A DNA stretch of 56,495 nucleotides from a virus (taxonomy: Duplodnaviria; Caudoviricetes): the IMG/VR virus record IMGVR_UViG_3300021962_000129, positions 1 to 56,495 of that record. The stretch is one strand, 5' to 3'. Of the stretch, positions 56,376-56,495 are shown piece by piece; the stretch's first letter is position 1; each line of letters starts with the position of its first letter. Made by a program: the position numbers and the translations under genes. Below the pieces are notes generated by a model that worked only from the letters and a program-made list of their open reading frames with translations, searched no databases and was not told where the DNA came from.

Positions 56376-56495
56376 TCAGCTTGTCTTTACCATGTGAATT
56401 GTCAGGTGATACTCATCAACAGTTCCAGCTTTAGCTGTGGTTCGTAACCAAACATAATCTCCTGCTGCTATCGTCGCAGAGTTGAAAGTAGTTAC
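56376..56495 (-). CDS. 3' end of a gene entering from beyond the window
   Basis: Open frame VTTFNSATIAAGDYVWLRTT...VKTS ending TGA, 1 nt before the next ATG. Confidence 0.6.
   Translation of the reverse strand, partial: VTTFNSATIAAGDYVWLRTTAKAGTVDEYHLTIHMVKTS

Noticed and set aside
1-56495. Stop-codon reassignment
   Set aside because: Long conserved genes are intact in the standard code, and TAA, TGA and TAG all end genes at sensible positions.

Overview
This 56.5-kb window is a densely coding, AT-rich piece of a large T4-like (contractile-tailed) dsDNA phage genome, read in the standard bacterial code. Left arm (1-6.8 kb): Mre11/Rad50-type nuclease pair, a variant ThyX, a family-A DNA polymerase split over three ORFs with a uracil-DNA-glycosylase-like domain at its N-terminus, a minimal gp55-like late sigma factor and a Holliday-junction resolvase. 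Centre (6.8-50 kb, minus strand): tape measure, baseplate and fibre genes, PAAR, head core/protease/scaffold/major capsid, neck, sheath and tube; no portal or terminase is recognisable. Right arm (50-56.5 kb): Fe-S PD-(D/E)XK exonuclease, primase, a gp26/gp51-like pair and a UvsW-like helicase. Main observations: (1) the tripartite UDG-Exo / Exo-thumb / palm-fingers polymerase with altered motifs, next to an altered ThyX; (2) a probable -1 frameshift joining the gp26-like gene to an un-annotated, start-less gp51-like frame; (3) a degenerate late promoter (TA-N-ATA) and palindromic bidirectional -10 boxes that imply leaderless mRNAs; (4) a prohead protease with a duplicated 80-aa cargo-like module; (5) a Cys-rich repeat virion protein and an SGNH esterase domain inserted in a baseplate protein. 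All assignments come from motif recognition and synteny by eye; no database searches were run.
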